DNA of 64,000 nucleotides from Bugula neritina (Eukaryota; Animalia; Bryozoa): the NCBI GenBank assembly GCA_964035545.1, contig OZ037773.1:5485751-5549750 (forward strand), given 5' to 3'. How positions within the stretch are numbered: position 1 is the stretch's first letter; each line of letters begins with the position of its first letter. Shown here piece after piece: positions 25,866 to 39,800 of this stretch. The notes beneath the pieces were generated by a model. It was not told the origin of the DNA. It worked only from the letters and a program-made list of their open reading frames with translations, and ran no database searches. The translations under genes and the position numbers were made by a program.

Positions 25866-28800
25866 TCACATTAGTTTATAGACAAGAGAAAACAATCCCA
25901 CAACTGAGCACACTAAATACAAACTAGCTGGACTCCTAGCTCCACTATTTGGCGTATCTTGAGGGCAGGAGTTACCTTGAGATACTGGTGGGTCTGGGTA
26001 AGACTTGGGAGATATCGGTACAAGGACATTCTAAAACAGACAGACACCCTGTGTGTAGTTCACATTGCCAAATAAAAAATTGAGTTCTAGATTGAGTTCA
26101 GAGAGCAATTGTGACCAACAAAAACATTGGTCAAAATAGAAAACCTCTACTCAGTGCTGCAAAATTTTAGTCACAAATTTTTATTGGGTATGGTAAATAA
26201 CTGTTTCATATTTAGCAGGTTATGCAATGTCTTCATTTATTGGACAGTGCCTTCATCGTATTACCCAACTTGATTGGACAGAAAGCATAGTCTGCCTTTA
26301 CTTTTCTGTAACTAAACCAATGGATTCCAGTATAGTACGACAAAAATGCTGCCTTGCTTTATTTTTGTGTGCCGGTATTTGCTCATCCAAATGCTGACAA
26401 GCATGAGTTGCATGTACGGGATTCTATCACTGCATTTGCATAGTTTGCTAAAAAATCAGTACTTATGCTCATGGAAGAATCTAAAGACTAACTCTAGTTT
26501 AGCTCATAGAGTCTATCATAGTTTTTATTGAGTTGTTATTGATTATTGATAATTGGTTATTGATCTAGCTTTTGCTGACTCAATAAACATACTATGAACT
26601 CATCATATAGTTTACCGGGTAATCAACGTGAAAGGAAATTTTTCTGCAACCAGAGTAGTGATCAGTCTCATAGTAACTTCTTTGTAGAACCAGAGTGTCT
26701 TCTTTGGACCAGTTTGGTACCTCCTCTAGCAGCTTGATGTTATCCTGGATAGTGCTGCAAAAATACCATATATGGTGATAATGTAACACCAGCCATGGTA
26801 TAGTGGTTAAAGAGCTGGTTTATCATGACATAAGTGGTGAAGTGTTCTCTTGTGATTGAGGTAAGTTTGAGAGACCTGCTGGGGCTCTTTAGCTTGAGCA
26901 ATAACTTTTACAGTTCCAGAAAATGCTCTCTTTTAATACTTTTATGCAGCTTCAAAAATTAAGGTTTGTCAACTGCTTGCCAAAAGACACAAACAAAAAA
27001 AAGCAAAAAATATTGCTAAAAATTTTCCTATCTGGGTAACAGGTTCTCTATTTAATATTGCAACCCCTAATAGTTGAGCATATTTAACTGTCTTGTCCTT
27101 GCCTTAAACATCTTGATAGGATATTTGCATTAAATGAACCACGGTCAATTGTTAGAAAGTGCCTGTTAAGAGACGATCTAATTTCAGCACATAGCCTCAT
27201 AAAGTATTAAATCTCTCCTGCAACCCATATGGATTAAATGATTAATCCTGACCTGCTAGTGTTAAAACCCCATCTCTGATAAATAGGATCAGTTTGGTTG
27301 ATATTAATGCCAGTATAAGATCCACACGTGGTAACATGCTGCTTGGGATAATAATTGAGAAAAGCTAGACACATTTCATCTGTTGACGGCTCTCCTCCCT
27401 AAGATATAGCAAACTATACTCAGATCTGCATAAACCATTACAAAACTAACCATAGAGTGTAAATTCATATAGAAAACGTGTGAAAGCATACACTCTGACA
27501 TTCTAGCTTTTAGTTTTTACAAGGGTTCACAGATGTGTATAAATTATTACAGAACCATCCTCACTAAATTAAAGTTTGCCAAAACCAAAAAGTCGGCTTC
27601 TAGTGTTCTCTTGTATCGGCATATATGTAGAGAAATTGAATTGACAAACCTTCTAGTAACACAGCACAAAGGTATAAAACAATAGTGGCTAATAGCACTT
27701 GAGTATATAATTAGTAAGTTACTATAAGTATATGTTATGTTTTATAAATTATATTGTATTATATTATATTATATTGCTATACTAATTAACATTGCTTTAT
27801 TATTCTGAATGATCAAGATCTCACATCTACTTACATAGGTGAAGCTGTTGCGGGAAGGGTCTGTGTAAGTACATGTGACCTTCAATGTGTCCCCCTGGAA
27901 AATATCCATAATATAAGTTTTAGATAAAAATAGCAAGAATAATATTAACTTGCATTACATTAGCAAGACATGGCTATTGTGTTGCCCCACACCATTTCCC
28001 TATTGCATATATTACAACTGTTATTACTATCTGATCAAAAGCAAGATGCATTTTATATAGGCTATACAAAAATTTCGTTTGAATCAGATGATTTTTAATG
28101 TACCGATAGCCATGCATATTTTATTGTCTACACCTTATAAAAACTCATGCAAGTTTATAGTAACCATTCCTGTGAGACAACTCCTGATGGAAGGGTTTTT
28201 TGTTAAATCAGGCTAAGGACTTATTCAGATGAGGCACAGGGGCAATTATGACTGGATGCTCTTCTTAACATCACCAATGGCCTTTGTCTGGGTTCGAACC
28301 CATGACTTACTAAGCATAAACACTCTAACCCCTAGACCACGGCTGCTCCCTTATCTATGCCCTATGGCTTTTGCAAATTCATTTTGAAGCAGCCCTAATA
28401 ATTATATATTACTAATTTATTGCTGCATTATTTATGTGTATATTTCATAATGCAATGTTAAAGCAAACAATGAGTCATGTGGCGTAGTGTGAGCATAACA
28501 TAAAATAACAAGTTTTAATAATTTATGAAAATCATTGCAATTTGACACATACAATTTTTTGTTGATATCCTACTTACAGGTAAAAGCTTTTTGGGTACAG
28601 GAAGTAGTCGGTTTTCCTGATAATTGAAATCATAAGAGTTGTCTTCCGCCAGCACTTCACTTTGGCTGCCATCTTTACTGTACCAGTCTAGTTTAATTTT
28701 CGCTCCGAGAAGGTGGGAGTGTAGAAGATAACCAAACACAGTTACACCATCATCTGGTATCCACTAATGAATAGAATTACTCATTCAACTGGTATATGTA

Positions 28801-31800
28801 TAACTAATAGTCTGTTTGGCATGAGATTTTAACTACAGCTCAGTAGTATATGGCTGTATTTTTATGAATGATCGTAAGTAAACGACCCACTCTTGTTTGT
28901 ATTGCAATAAATTATGCAAGTACAAAATGTACAAATGAGAGTATTTGTAAATGAAAGAGCTTTTTAAACAAATATATATAATATATAATATATGATATAA
29001 AATATACAATATATAATATACAATATATATTATATAATATCCAGTATAATAGTATATTGTAATCATAAATTTATATTTTCCTTCTGCTCTGCTACAATAA
29101 AAGCTGAAGATAATGCAATCACCATAGGATTACTCTTGAAGTCAACTAAAAGTTAGTTTGATTATTGAATGAAAAAAAGAGTAAAAAATTATTATATATA
29201 CTGAGTTTTATCAACTAACTTTATTTTTAGAGATGATCAGCAAAGATTGAATTGGCACTATGTATCAAATATCACAAACTTTTAGCTCATAAATTCGTTT
29301 CTCTCTCCAACTCATGCAAGTTGTAATCTAGTGTAAAAGCATCAACATTTATACAATTTCAATTAAAATTAAATAGATTAAACTTTAAACCTATAATAAA
29401 AACTGTTTAGCACCTTAACTATGATGCAATTTATTAAGAACTGATGGTTATTTTTTACATTTTGCCATATTAAAGCTCAGATAATCTCTAAGAACATATA
29501 TAACAGGAAATCTAAATAGTGTGGAACAAACCTGTTCTGTGCAGCTTGTGTGACAGATAGAAATATGTTCAAAATTATCTGGCTTTGGAGGTACAATAAT
29601 GCCCCAAACGTTCCCTGCTGCGAAAGTTCCGGAGTCTTGCTCTCTTAACTTGGAGGTATAACTAACCCTGAGCCCTGAAGAGTCTACCCATGCTACAAAA
29701 CCACATAAGTGTTATATTTTAAAAATTTCTAACAGCTAAATTAGTAATTAGGAAAGATTAGAGTTTTATTAGTTGGCTTCATGATGAACTCTCTAAGTCT
29801 GACCTTGCCAGATCTCACCAAAGTACCAGCTAACAAGCATGAACTTATTTTGGGACATATCAAAGCTATACTTTCAAGCCTAATACCAAATTAATACAAC
29901 ACAACCAAAAAGACACAACGATTTGAATGGCATAAACTTGGATTGCACCTGCTCAACAAAAGATTGCATACCTATAAGCTTTGAGTTGAAGAATTTTCTT
30001 AAAAAAAGAAGCAAAAAAGTGAGTTTTTTTGACAAAAAGCAGTAAAACATTATGTAAGATTTTATGATTATATGACATCGCAGCTTTTGTAGAGTCAAAA
30101 AGTTGTGTAATAGCAATTTGCACATCTTGCAAGTGTAGACAGCAAGAGTCTACCTAGTTTAAGTATAATGACTCTGTATGATAAACCTACTATCCAACAT
30201 TCGTGGGTTGTCATAGTGCATCTCAGTCATGTAATAATCAGGGCTGGAACTACCATTACCACCAAATGGTACACCAGTGTGAATGGGCCAATAAAATTTC
30301 TACAATTGGAACAAAACTGGTTAACAAATGACGGCAAAGAAGGAAACTTAGATATCTGAACCGACTATGCTCTCACTAGAATATATATCGTTCAGCCAAA
30401 ATTATAAGCAAATTTTAGTTTATGCAGTTTTCTCAAAGCATATTAAGGTTGTTATAAATAATGCAATAAAAACGCTAAGAGTTCTATAATTTGTAAGGAC
30501 GTGTATGCGTATCGGAATAGTCATTCTTACAGAACCTCCGATGGCCCAGGCATATTCTATGTTAAAGCAAGAAGATGCAAATTCCGGCATTTCGGGGGGT
30601 GTTGCATATACCCTCCGTCTTGTTGTTGTTTCTCAGATGTTCCTTGTCTACTCCCCAGCAAGCAAAGAGCACTATATGGTGTACCAGTGCTTCATTTCCT
30701 TCGGTTATCAAGGGTTCAATCTAAACAATTCCAATTATAGAGGAGCAAAATTGAGATATAAATAGACCGGCTATCAGTCATCTGGCATGAACTTTCAAAG
30801 TCACATGTTTTGTAGCTTAATACTGGGCTAGATATCTGTTTGAAACAAAATTAGTATAGGTCTCTCACCAATAATTATTATTATGATGGTTTTGACACAC
30901 CAGATGGCATGAAATATTTTCATTATCAACACGCAAATTCCTCACCCTAAACAATCGATCTGAAAACTTGATGAGTTGGGCACATGTTTTAAAACTCAAT
31001 ACTAGCCTAGATTTGCAAAAAGAGTTGGGTGTTTAACAATATTGCTGTAATGGCTTTGACACGAATTCTTTATCTAAAAGCTCCCAATCGGGTGACAAAT
31101 TGGAACAGAAGTAGTCAGCTGACAAAGCTTACAACAAATGCTCAAACCAAACGCTGCCTGCTAATACAAACATAGTTCTCATTTCTGCAGTATAAATTAT
31201 TTACAAAAGATCAGGTGACTAGAATAAGAAGAGTAAAAGAACTTCAAATTGACTGTAATAAAGCAGTTTAATATCTAAAAGTCATTAGGTTTGTAACAAA
31301 TTAATTATCTCTATAAGTCTGATGGTCACCGTTTGAATGCTTCGAATACTAATATAGGATAAATATAACTTCACTGGGTTGAATATACATAATCTATTCA
31401 TTCTAACAGATTTGCTAGAAGTATTAAGTTGTGTATTCAGTTACTTTGGGAACTTATAAAGCTGTCCTCACTAAGTTTCTTACAGCTAAATAAGCACTAA
31501 TTTTAATACATTAAAGTGCTATGATATATTACACACAATTTTATCTTCAAACTTTATACACTTGTAACCTTAATAGTTGGTTCCACCTTTTTAGAGCAAC
31601 TTTGTAGTATTATAGTGCAGACTTTAAATTTTATTTTTTATAAACTCCATTTATTTTATAATAGGTTGTGTAAGCTAATTAAGACTGTTGATATGATTTC
31701 AGTGCATAAAAGTATTAATTTAAACAGTTGACTTACCGATAGGATATGGTGTTTAGAATCTAACTGTGGAGGGTCATGAAATGCACAGTAGTATGTAGTG

Positions 31801-34800
31801 TCTGTTGCTGGCACATGGTACTGGAACAGAAGATACATTTCTTTAAAAATCAAATAGTGATATCTGTATTGTTATATTACAATATTCTTGGATTGATATT
31901 ATATCTTTTACTTATGCAAGTAAAAGTGTATATATTTTGAAATAAAATATATAAATAATTTATACAAGTTAGATATGCAAACAACTTTAGTGCTATAACA
32001 AAATATGGATGCCAACCTTAGCAGCCCAGCAAAATGTATCAATAAAAAATTTTATATTTGTATTTCTTTAGAATACAAAACATGGGGTAGTAGAGTCTTT
32101 GGTGATTATTTCTTGAATCTTGATTGTACTCCAGTTTGCGCTTTTATGTGTTCATGAATTACTTTTTAGTAGTTAATTTCTAAAACTTTTCACTAAAAGC
32201 AACTATTTTGTGTCGGTCCCTGAGCATGAGTTGAAAACTTTTTCAATGTTGACGCTGATTTTGATAGCAGTGTATCGTTTTCATTTAAAAATTTTATATC
32301 GAAATCAGTACTGTTCAAGAAAGTTTTTAAAACATACAAATATGAAGGTTAGAAATAATATTGCTAGGCTGAACAACAGAAAGGCTCCATAAAGAAAAAC
32401 AATGTAAAGTTTAAAAGCAAAGCTTTACTTTGCTGCCTCCAATCAATTGATCTTAACCCTACAGCACAATGCTTGGTATTTTATTAGCTAGTTTAAAATA
32501 TTACATTTGGAAAGTGTTTTGGAGCAAAACAGATTATGTGCACTATGCTGAAGTAAGAGTTTAAACTATTTTTGTGAAAATTTAGGTTCTAAAAACACTT
32601 GCTTTCAACATAACTTTAAATTTTGATCAAATGTAGTGCAGGGCTAATTATGATCAGATGTATCTGCTGGTCTGTCATCAAGGGTCGTACTAAAGTTTGA
32701 TCTTCTGGCAAAGTTGAATTAATGCAATGCTAGACTATTGGTCTGCTTTTTTAAAATATTTATGCATAGAACTTGACAATGTAGCATAAGCTTGTTGCTG
32801 AGGAGAATGTTTGCTCATCAGTGAATGCGTGAAGCTGCAGAATGGAAAGAGCAGAACTTCAAAAACTGCACCAGTATGTACCAGGTGTAACTTACATTAG
32901 TGACAGTCATATCAAAATACTGCAAATCCTCTGGTAGACTCTCATCTGGAATCTTAGAAGCTGTATCCAGGAGGTAAACACTCTTCACACCTCTGTTGGT
33001 AGCTCCGTGGTAGTTTAAGGAAGAGAGTTTATTGTTAGTAGGATCAGTGTCTCCAAATGCATAAATCAACTTTGTAGTAGAAGTCTGAAGTGTATAACAT
33101 ATTATTAATGCAAAGAGTGTTGCCTAAATAGGAATCGATTTGTTCTGTAAATGCCTAAAAGTTATAATATAATTTTTAGTTAGCTCAAAGCTTGAATTAG
33201 AAACATTGATTTTATTTAAACGACAATTTTATTCAAATGAAATAGAATCTGCACTAGATATTCTATATAACTTTTTTTTTGTATTACAGTTTGTTAACCT
33301 CATAAGTCAACAATAAATATCAACATAATGGGGCAAAAAAGGGTGGTTGAAATATATGCAGTTAGTTTACTCAACAGAGGTGCGCCAAAAGGCTAAAAAC
33401 TAAAAAAAGGACTGCAGTAGCATTACCTCAACTATCTGTTACTCACCATAATGGCTGCATCTTCACCATCACATGTGTTGATTTTCCTTTTGAAGATAAC
33501 AGATGTGACACCATTGACTTCTGAAGCAGAAACTAAGCTGACATCTTGAGAGGAATCAACCAGAGGTAACTGGTTTCCTGTTGCATGCATATCCTGGAAC
33601 ATTACGTCAATATCACGTTAGAAAATACTTTTAAAAATAGGTAGAAATTTTAAAAAAATTACCTCTTCATTGAATTCAATAAAAAATAAGAGAGAGACTA
33701 AAAAGTCAAAGGTGTACAAAAGGAAGAAACTGCAAGAGCAGCTGAGTTTACACAACATGGCAATGCAGTCAGTTACTGTACCATGATATGGCTGGTGCCT
33801 TCTGAGTCAATCCAAGCTACTATCAGGTCTGCACCTGTCATTGCACCATTAGGGGAGAATCCAAGACCCACCCAACCTTCTGTGCGGACAGATATCTACA
33901 AAGTGTATAGGCCATGTTATATTCTCAAAATGTTATGAGAATAATGGGTGGAATGTGCGATGAGTTTAAATTTGTATACAACCTGGTTTTGTAAAATATT
34001 CTGTTAAATGCTTGCTCTTGCGTTTACTTAACTTAAGCATTCATTGCTGATCGCTCTTTTATAGTCAAAGTTAGTTTAGCTTGACATGTACCACATGACT
34101 AAATTTATCCTTAATAATAATAATTTGAATGGCTAATATGAATTTAGGGTTGCTTCAGTATGTTACATTAAAAAGGTTCAGAAATTTAGTTCATATTATA
34201 AAAGCTGTCATCAATGTTGGCTACTGACACTACATATTGAACTGTAAAATTAGGGGACTGTGCCATTAAAGTCAAAGATCAACACACGGAGCCAAATGTT
34301 GGATTGTTTGAGTTACTCTTAGCCAATGGTATTTTATCCAAATACCTGCAGCTATTTTTCAAACATTTCAAAAGTTGAATTTTGTTTGAAAACTTCAAAG
34401 ATCGCAATCTAAAAATTTGAGATTTCTGGATTTCAAGAAACTAAAATGTATTCATGCAGTCATGCTTTGAGACTAAATATTTAGGAGGAACTATTATAAT
34501 TGAGTATAAATGTTAAAACATGTTAAAAAATTCTTTGTGAATTCGTTTTGAAATGGGGTAGTCATAGTGTACAAATTTCATAGCAATATTACACTAACAC
34601 AAAAATGCACTGTCAAAGGTCTGTCAAGTGTTGCCATACAAGAATAATATTATTTTAGCTACTTTGATGTAATATAGATCAATTGGTCAGTGTCTTACTA
34701 CCATGCCGAGAATAATTAAAATGATATCGTCAGCATTTTTAGCATAGCTGGTAGCAAAAAAATATTAGTTTTTTTTGTGAATCAGAATAGCATTTAGACT

Positions 34801-35005
34801 GAAAAGACATCATCCTTCTACTTTCCACTCTTCATTAACTGCTGTTTTAGTCACATACCGTAAATATTAGTTCACTATCGGGAGTTGTCTCATCAAATGA
34901 CCAAGAGACATTAAACTTTCCTCCAGCAGCTAAAGAGGCGAAAAGATCTTCTGTATGCACAAAGTTACAGAATAGCATCAAAATAAGGAGTGGTACCACC
35001 TCCAT
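25866..35005 (-). pseudogene. MOXD1: DBH-like monooxygenase (MOXD1-like) copy A; single +1 frameshift in coding exon 6 (pseudogene, null allele or homopolymer sequencing error)
   Basis: Exons 35005-34859, 33895-33782, 33593-33447, 33084-32896, 31820-31737, 30720-30531 (190 nt vs 189 in paralogs), 30299-30191, 29692-29532, 28763-28578, 27894-27835, 27398-27253, 26754-26616, 26030-25866 (TGA). G6 at 30594-30599 (G5 in copy B) shifts the frame to a TAA at 30564-30562. All other exons are open and copper ligands VHH, HYDNP, HSH and EMC are retained. Confidence 0.8.
28141..28350 (-). mobile_element. tRNA-derived SINE, family 1, copy 3 (copy A intron 9)
   Basis: Full-length match to the family unit on the minus strand. 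Confidence 0.88.
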
Positions 35006-36877
35006 AGTAACCAGACTACAACAAACAACTTACGATGTTCAAAACGTGCAATTTACGAAATGCCTTTGTGTATCATACCAACAGAAAATTCTCCAATTAC
35101 CAACCTACCAAAGTTAGAACTGAAAATCCATATTTAACAACAACACTAATTTATTAAAGTTGTGAGAAAATTCCTTCCAAAGTCATCAAAAAAGTTGCTA
35201 ATGCTAGAACACACTTTGTCATAATATTGTAAATGGATAATGGTGGTAATGTTTTATACTCTGGCCTGTAATACCAATTACTATATGTTAATATAGCTAC
35301 CGTTCAGCTGTAATAGCTTTTGAAAGCCTAGGCTTTTTTAAGCAGCAGCTATTGATACACAAAAATGCAAACTGTGTGTAATTCTAAAATTATTTATTAC
35401 ATGTATACTAAAAAGTTCATATATATAATTAAGACTCTTTGAAATAACATGATCAAGCTGCAACTTGGATTATTAGTATAGCTATAGTATAAAAGTAAAC
35501 CCATTGCACAAACTTTATAATATTCATACCTGAAACTTGTAATTCAAAGTTTTTCTCTACTATTACTACTGCACTGCTTGGCTTCCTCAATAGCTACAAC
35601 CTGCACTGACAGACTACATGTGGATTAGCACACTTTGCACTCTTGTAAAATTGTATTTAGACTATCAAACCTTAGTCAAAGCATGTGGGACATCACGTGT
35701 AACTTTCTCTTCAAATCATTGCAACATTCAACATTTGTTTATCTCTTGATATCTGGCAGTGCTATAAGGAGCCAAAGGCTATGATAAAGTAGGACTTGTA
35801 ATAAGTTGACCTTAGAAAATAGAAAACTGGCTATTTTGAGATCTGGTTATGTTGGTTTACTTGTCACTATTGTGATGTCACAAAGCCGTCATTTACTGTG
35901 TGCCACTTACAATGTAGAATCCCAGCTATGACCTGTAATCACAATACACCCAGGCACTTTAAATATTATAATACTACTGATGCTATCTATGCAAGTGTCA
36001 CATGGTATTCTGGTATTTATAAATTGCTAAAGCTCAGCAATGTGATACACACACCACACACGCACACGAAAAAACACACACTCACAACTACAGTGCCATC
36101 TGATCAGTTTAGGATTTTTTCAAGTCAAACTATGTTATGTGTTTTTACCCGATCAAAGAAATTTATTTCAACTGCCTTGTAATCAGATAAGTAAGTGCTC
36201 TTGTCATCAAATCACTTGAACACTTTTTAAAATGAGAAACTAGCTTACATTATATATAGAATATGAATGTGCATTATAGAGCATAATATTATATTTTGTT
36301 ATTTAAGATCATAAAAATATATAGAAAATAGCTTAGATTACCAAGCACCCAGCAGTAGTGTTGATTATACAGGGAATAATATAGATATTTATCACAAAAA
36401 TTATAGAATGCAGACATTTGATATATCAGGTAAATTATAGAGCATAAAACATAGATGTAGATGCAAATTGTAGGGTTTAGAAAATGATAGAACATGACAG
36501 CTCTGCCAATCAAAATAATAAAGAAATTGATAGTAAAGTGCAAATTTTCCACAAACTTGTACCAGAAGTATATTATATACAATGCTAATGCTTTCTAACA
36601 TTCAACCCCATCAGCAAATCAAATTAAACTCTGCTGATAGTGTAAAAGCCTTTGCGGTAAATGTATCCTATCAGTTATAAAATCTAATTAAAATATTTTC
36701 TACTAATGCAAGCTGATTATATTTATAGAAATAGACTGCTACTAATGCAAAAATAACTGTAAAAATATATAAGCTGATTATATTAATTATGTGCTATAGA
36801 AATTAGACCTGCATTATTATTTATTATATATGCGATTACAACGAAGTGATATTAGAATTGCCTGCCCTTACTGTGAG

Positions 36878-39800
36878 TCACATTAGCTTATAGACAAGAG
36901 AAAACAATCCCACAACTGAGTACACTAAATACAAACTAGCTGGACTCTTAGCTCCACTATTTGGTGTATCTTGAAGACAGGAGTTACCTTGAGATACTGG
37001 TGGATCTGGGTAAGACTTGGGAGATATCGGCACGAGGACATTCTACAACAGACAGTCTGTGTGTAGCTCATAGAAAAATCTTTGCAAATGAACCAATAGT
37101 TAATTTTTGTTAATAAGTTTTAATATTTAAACACGTTATGTTTTAAATTAATAAAAGTTTCAGCATTAAAAGTCGGACAAATCATTTAGTTACCAGTTAG
37201 TAGAATCAGTGCTGGGGTGGAGCACCATGTTGTAGTGGAATGGTATGTAAAATAATTGCCCCCCACCAGGATTCGAACCACAGACCTCCGGCTTGCAAGC
37301 AGGCGCGCTAACCAATTATGCTACAGGGGCTTCGGGATTCCAAGCGACATGGTACTGAGGTTAAAAATACTGAGCAAGAAGAGACATGGGAGGGAGAGCT
37401 CTTTCCTATCAGAAAAAACTCACGAGTTCTTTCCTATTGGAACTTGATTTCTAATTGTTACACACACACCCGCTAACACACACAACCCACACACAAGTCA
37501 CAACCCTACATTATACCATAGAGTGCATTTACTTAAACTACTGGTTTTATGCAGAAGAAGGTTGAGTAGATATATGTCTACTGTATAATTTTTCTTAAAG
37601 ATATGTAAAAGTCAAATTAGAATCTTCATGTTTGTGATGCATATATTTTGTATTGAAAAGACTGATCAGATGTGACCCAATTGATGACAAGTCACAAAGT
37701 TTGAATGATATATACAAACGTCAAATTTTGCTATAAACATATCAAGTGTCAGCTGCATGTTTTGTGATGCCTGTTTTACAATTTTGTTTTTATAGTCATA
37801 AAAGTCATAAAATGCCAATCAAAATTTAAATAATGTTGAACAGTGCTGAAAATTTCGAGTTGAAAAAGTTTTGTTAGAAGAACATTCTTCACTTTTCAGT
37901 TCTACTATAAAAAAAGCTGCAGCTGGTGATATGTGTCTAGTTTTATATTATGTAGAAATAAAATCGCTTTTACTTTTACTTTTATGATAAATTTCAAAAA
38001 TTAATTCTAGACCATGAGATTTAGTGAAATATTGTGTCAAAAAGGTGCACCCCCATTTATATCAGTGAAGTAGAAACTCCTAAATCTAAGCTAGTATTTG
38101 ATACTCCTGTTGCAGCCGTGGTCTAGGGGTTAGAGCGTTTGCCTAGTAAACACGAAGGTCATGGGTTCGAGCCCTGACAAAGGCCATTGGTGATGTTAGG
38201 AAGAGCATCCAGTCATAATTGCTCCTGTGCCTCATTTAATTAAGTCCTTAGCCTGCTTTAACAAAAACCCTTTTTATCAGGGTTTCTCACAGGGATAGTG
38301 ACTATAAACTTTCGTGAGTTTTACTTGATACTCCTGTTGCCAAGGCTACTTCTTGCTCAAAGCAAAATATCTTGACAACACAAGCTCAACAAAAGACAGC
38401 ACTCTTGCGGAATTTCAAAACTTAATCAGCAGCATTTCTTCCAAACATAAAGTCAGTGTAGGATAAAATTAAACCATGGAAGTCTTTCAGCCATATAGCC
38501 ACCATTGATTATTGATACATAGTTTTCCCAAGCAATATATGATTGAAGAAATACATAGTTTACGCAGCTGTAAACATATATTATTAATATAGTTTACCGG
38601 GAAATTAATGTGAAATGACAGTTTAGTGCAGCCAGAGTAGTGATCAGCTTCATAGTAACTTCTCTGTAGAACCAGAGTGTCTTCTTTGGACCAATTTGAT
38701 ACTTCCTCCAGCAGTTCGATGTTATCTTGAATAGTACTGCAATAAGACCATGTATGAACATTATAAAATGATATATTATAGGGGAGGGTGGGGCTAGTTG
38801 AACCAAAAATAGTTGTAAAGTTGCAAATTTAGCGATTTAAGCCCTGTGATAACCCCCTTTAATGTACTACAGCCAGGGTTCTTTGCTTTGAAGATTTTTG
38901 CACCAGCATAAACTGCAGTCACTTGCTACAAGTTTTAGTTTAGATTTGAGGACAGGAACTAACACGAACAATTATTATTTTTCTGGTATTGAAAGCACAT
39001 AAATTATAGATCACAGCTGTTTTCTAAAAACTGCACAGTTACAGATGTCTTTGAAAACTTTCTTCTGTAACTGATATGAATTAAATAATTCATAATCCTG
39101 ACCTGCTAGTGTTAAAACCCCATCTCTGATAAATAGGATCAGTTTGGTTGATATAAATGCCAGTGAAAGACCCACACGTGGTTACTTGTTGCTTTGGATA
39201 ATAGTGGAGTATAGCCACACACATTTCATCTGTTGATGGTTGTCCTCCCTAAAATAAACATATACTCTGTAAGGGTCAGATCTGCATAAACCATTAGCAA
39301 AATATTAAGCTCTTGCCACATACAAAAATAAAGAGTAGATTTCAACACACCCACCCCTCTTCCTGCTGGCAAAACTCTTAGGACATATGTCCTTAAATAA
39401 CAGCTATTATTCGTGCAGGTTTCACAAAATGTTGAGTGATTACTGTAAATGGGTAGTGATATAATTGGTTGAATATTATTTAGTGAGTTCACTTCTCCAG
39501 TTTTCAATTTAAACAAAATGTGACATAAATTCATTGATAAATCTAATATTGATCAGAAGTATTACTTTAGCTTGTTACATAATGTGTGTCGGCTGGTAAA
39601 TCTTGCATAATTTTGCACACCACATTTAGCTTCATGTACCTGAATCTTTACAGAACTATCCACCATAATATAAAGTCACACAGGATTCATGTAAAACCCT
39701 AACAACCTGACGTCAAATCTGTAGAGTAATCAACACAACACAAAGATACTTCAGTACTAAAGTGTAATTTTTTTGTGGCTGGATCCATACAAGTAAATAG

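Noticed and set aside
26789-26920. A-box-like start of another SINE in copy A intron 11
   Set aside because: No clear B box, no TSD and no second copy in the window.
37257-37330. Functional tRNA gene
   Set aside because: Anticodon loop is one base short and the D and T stems are mismatched; kept only as tRNA-like.
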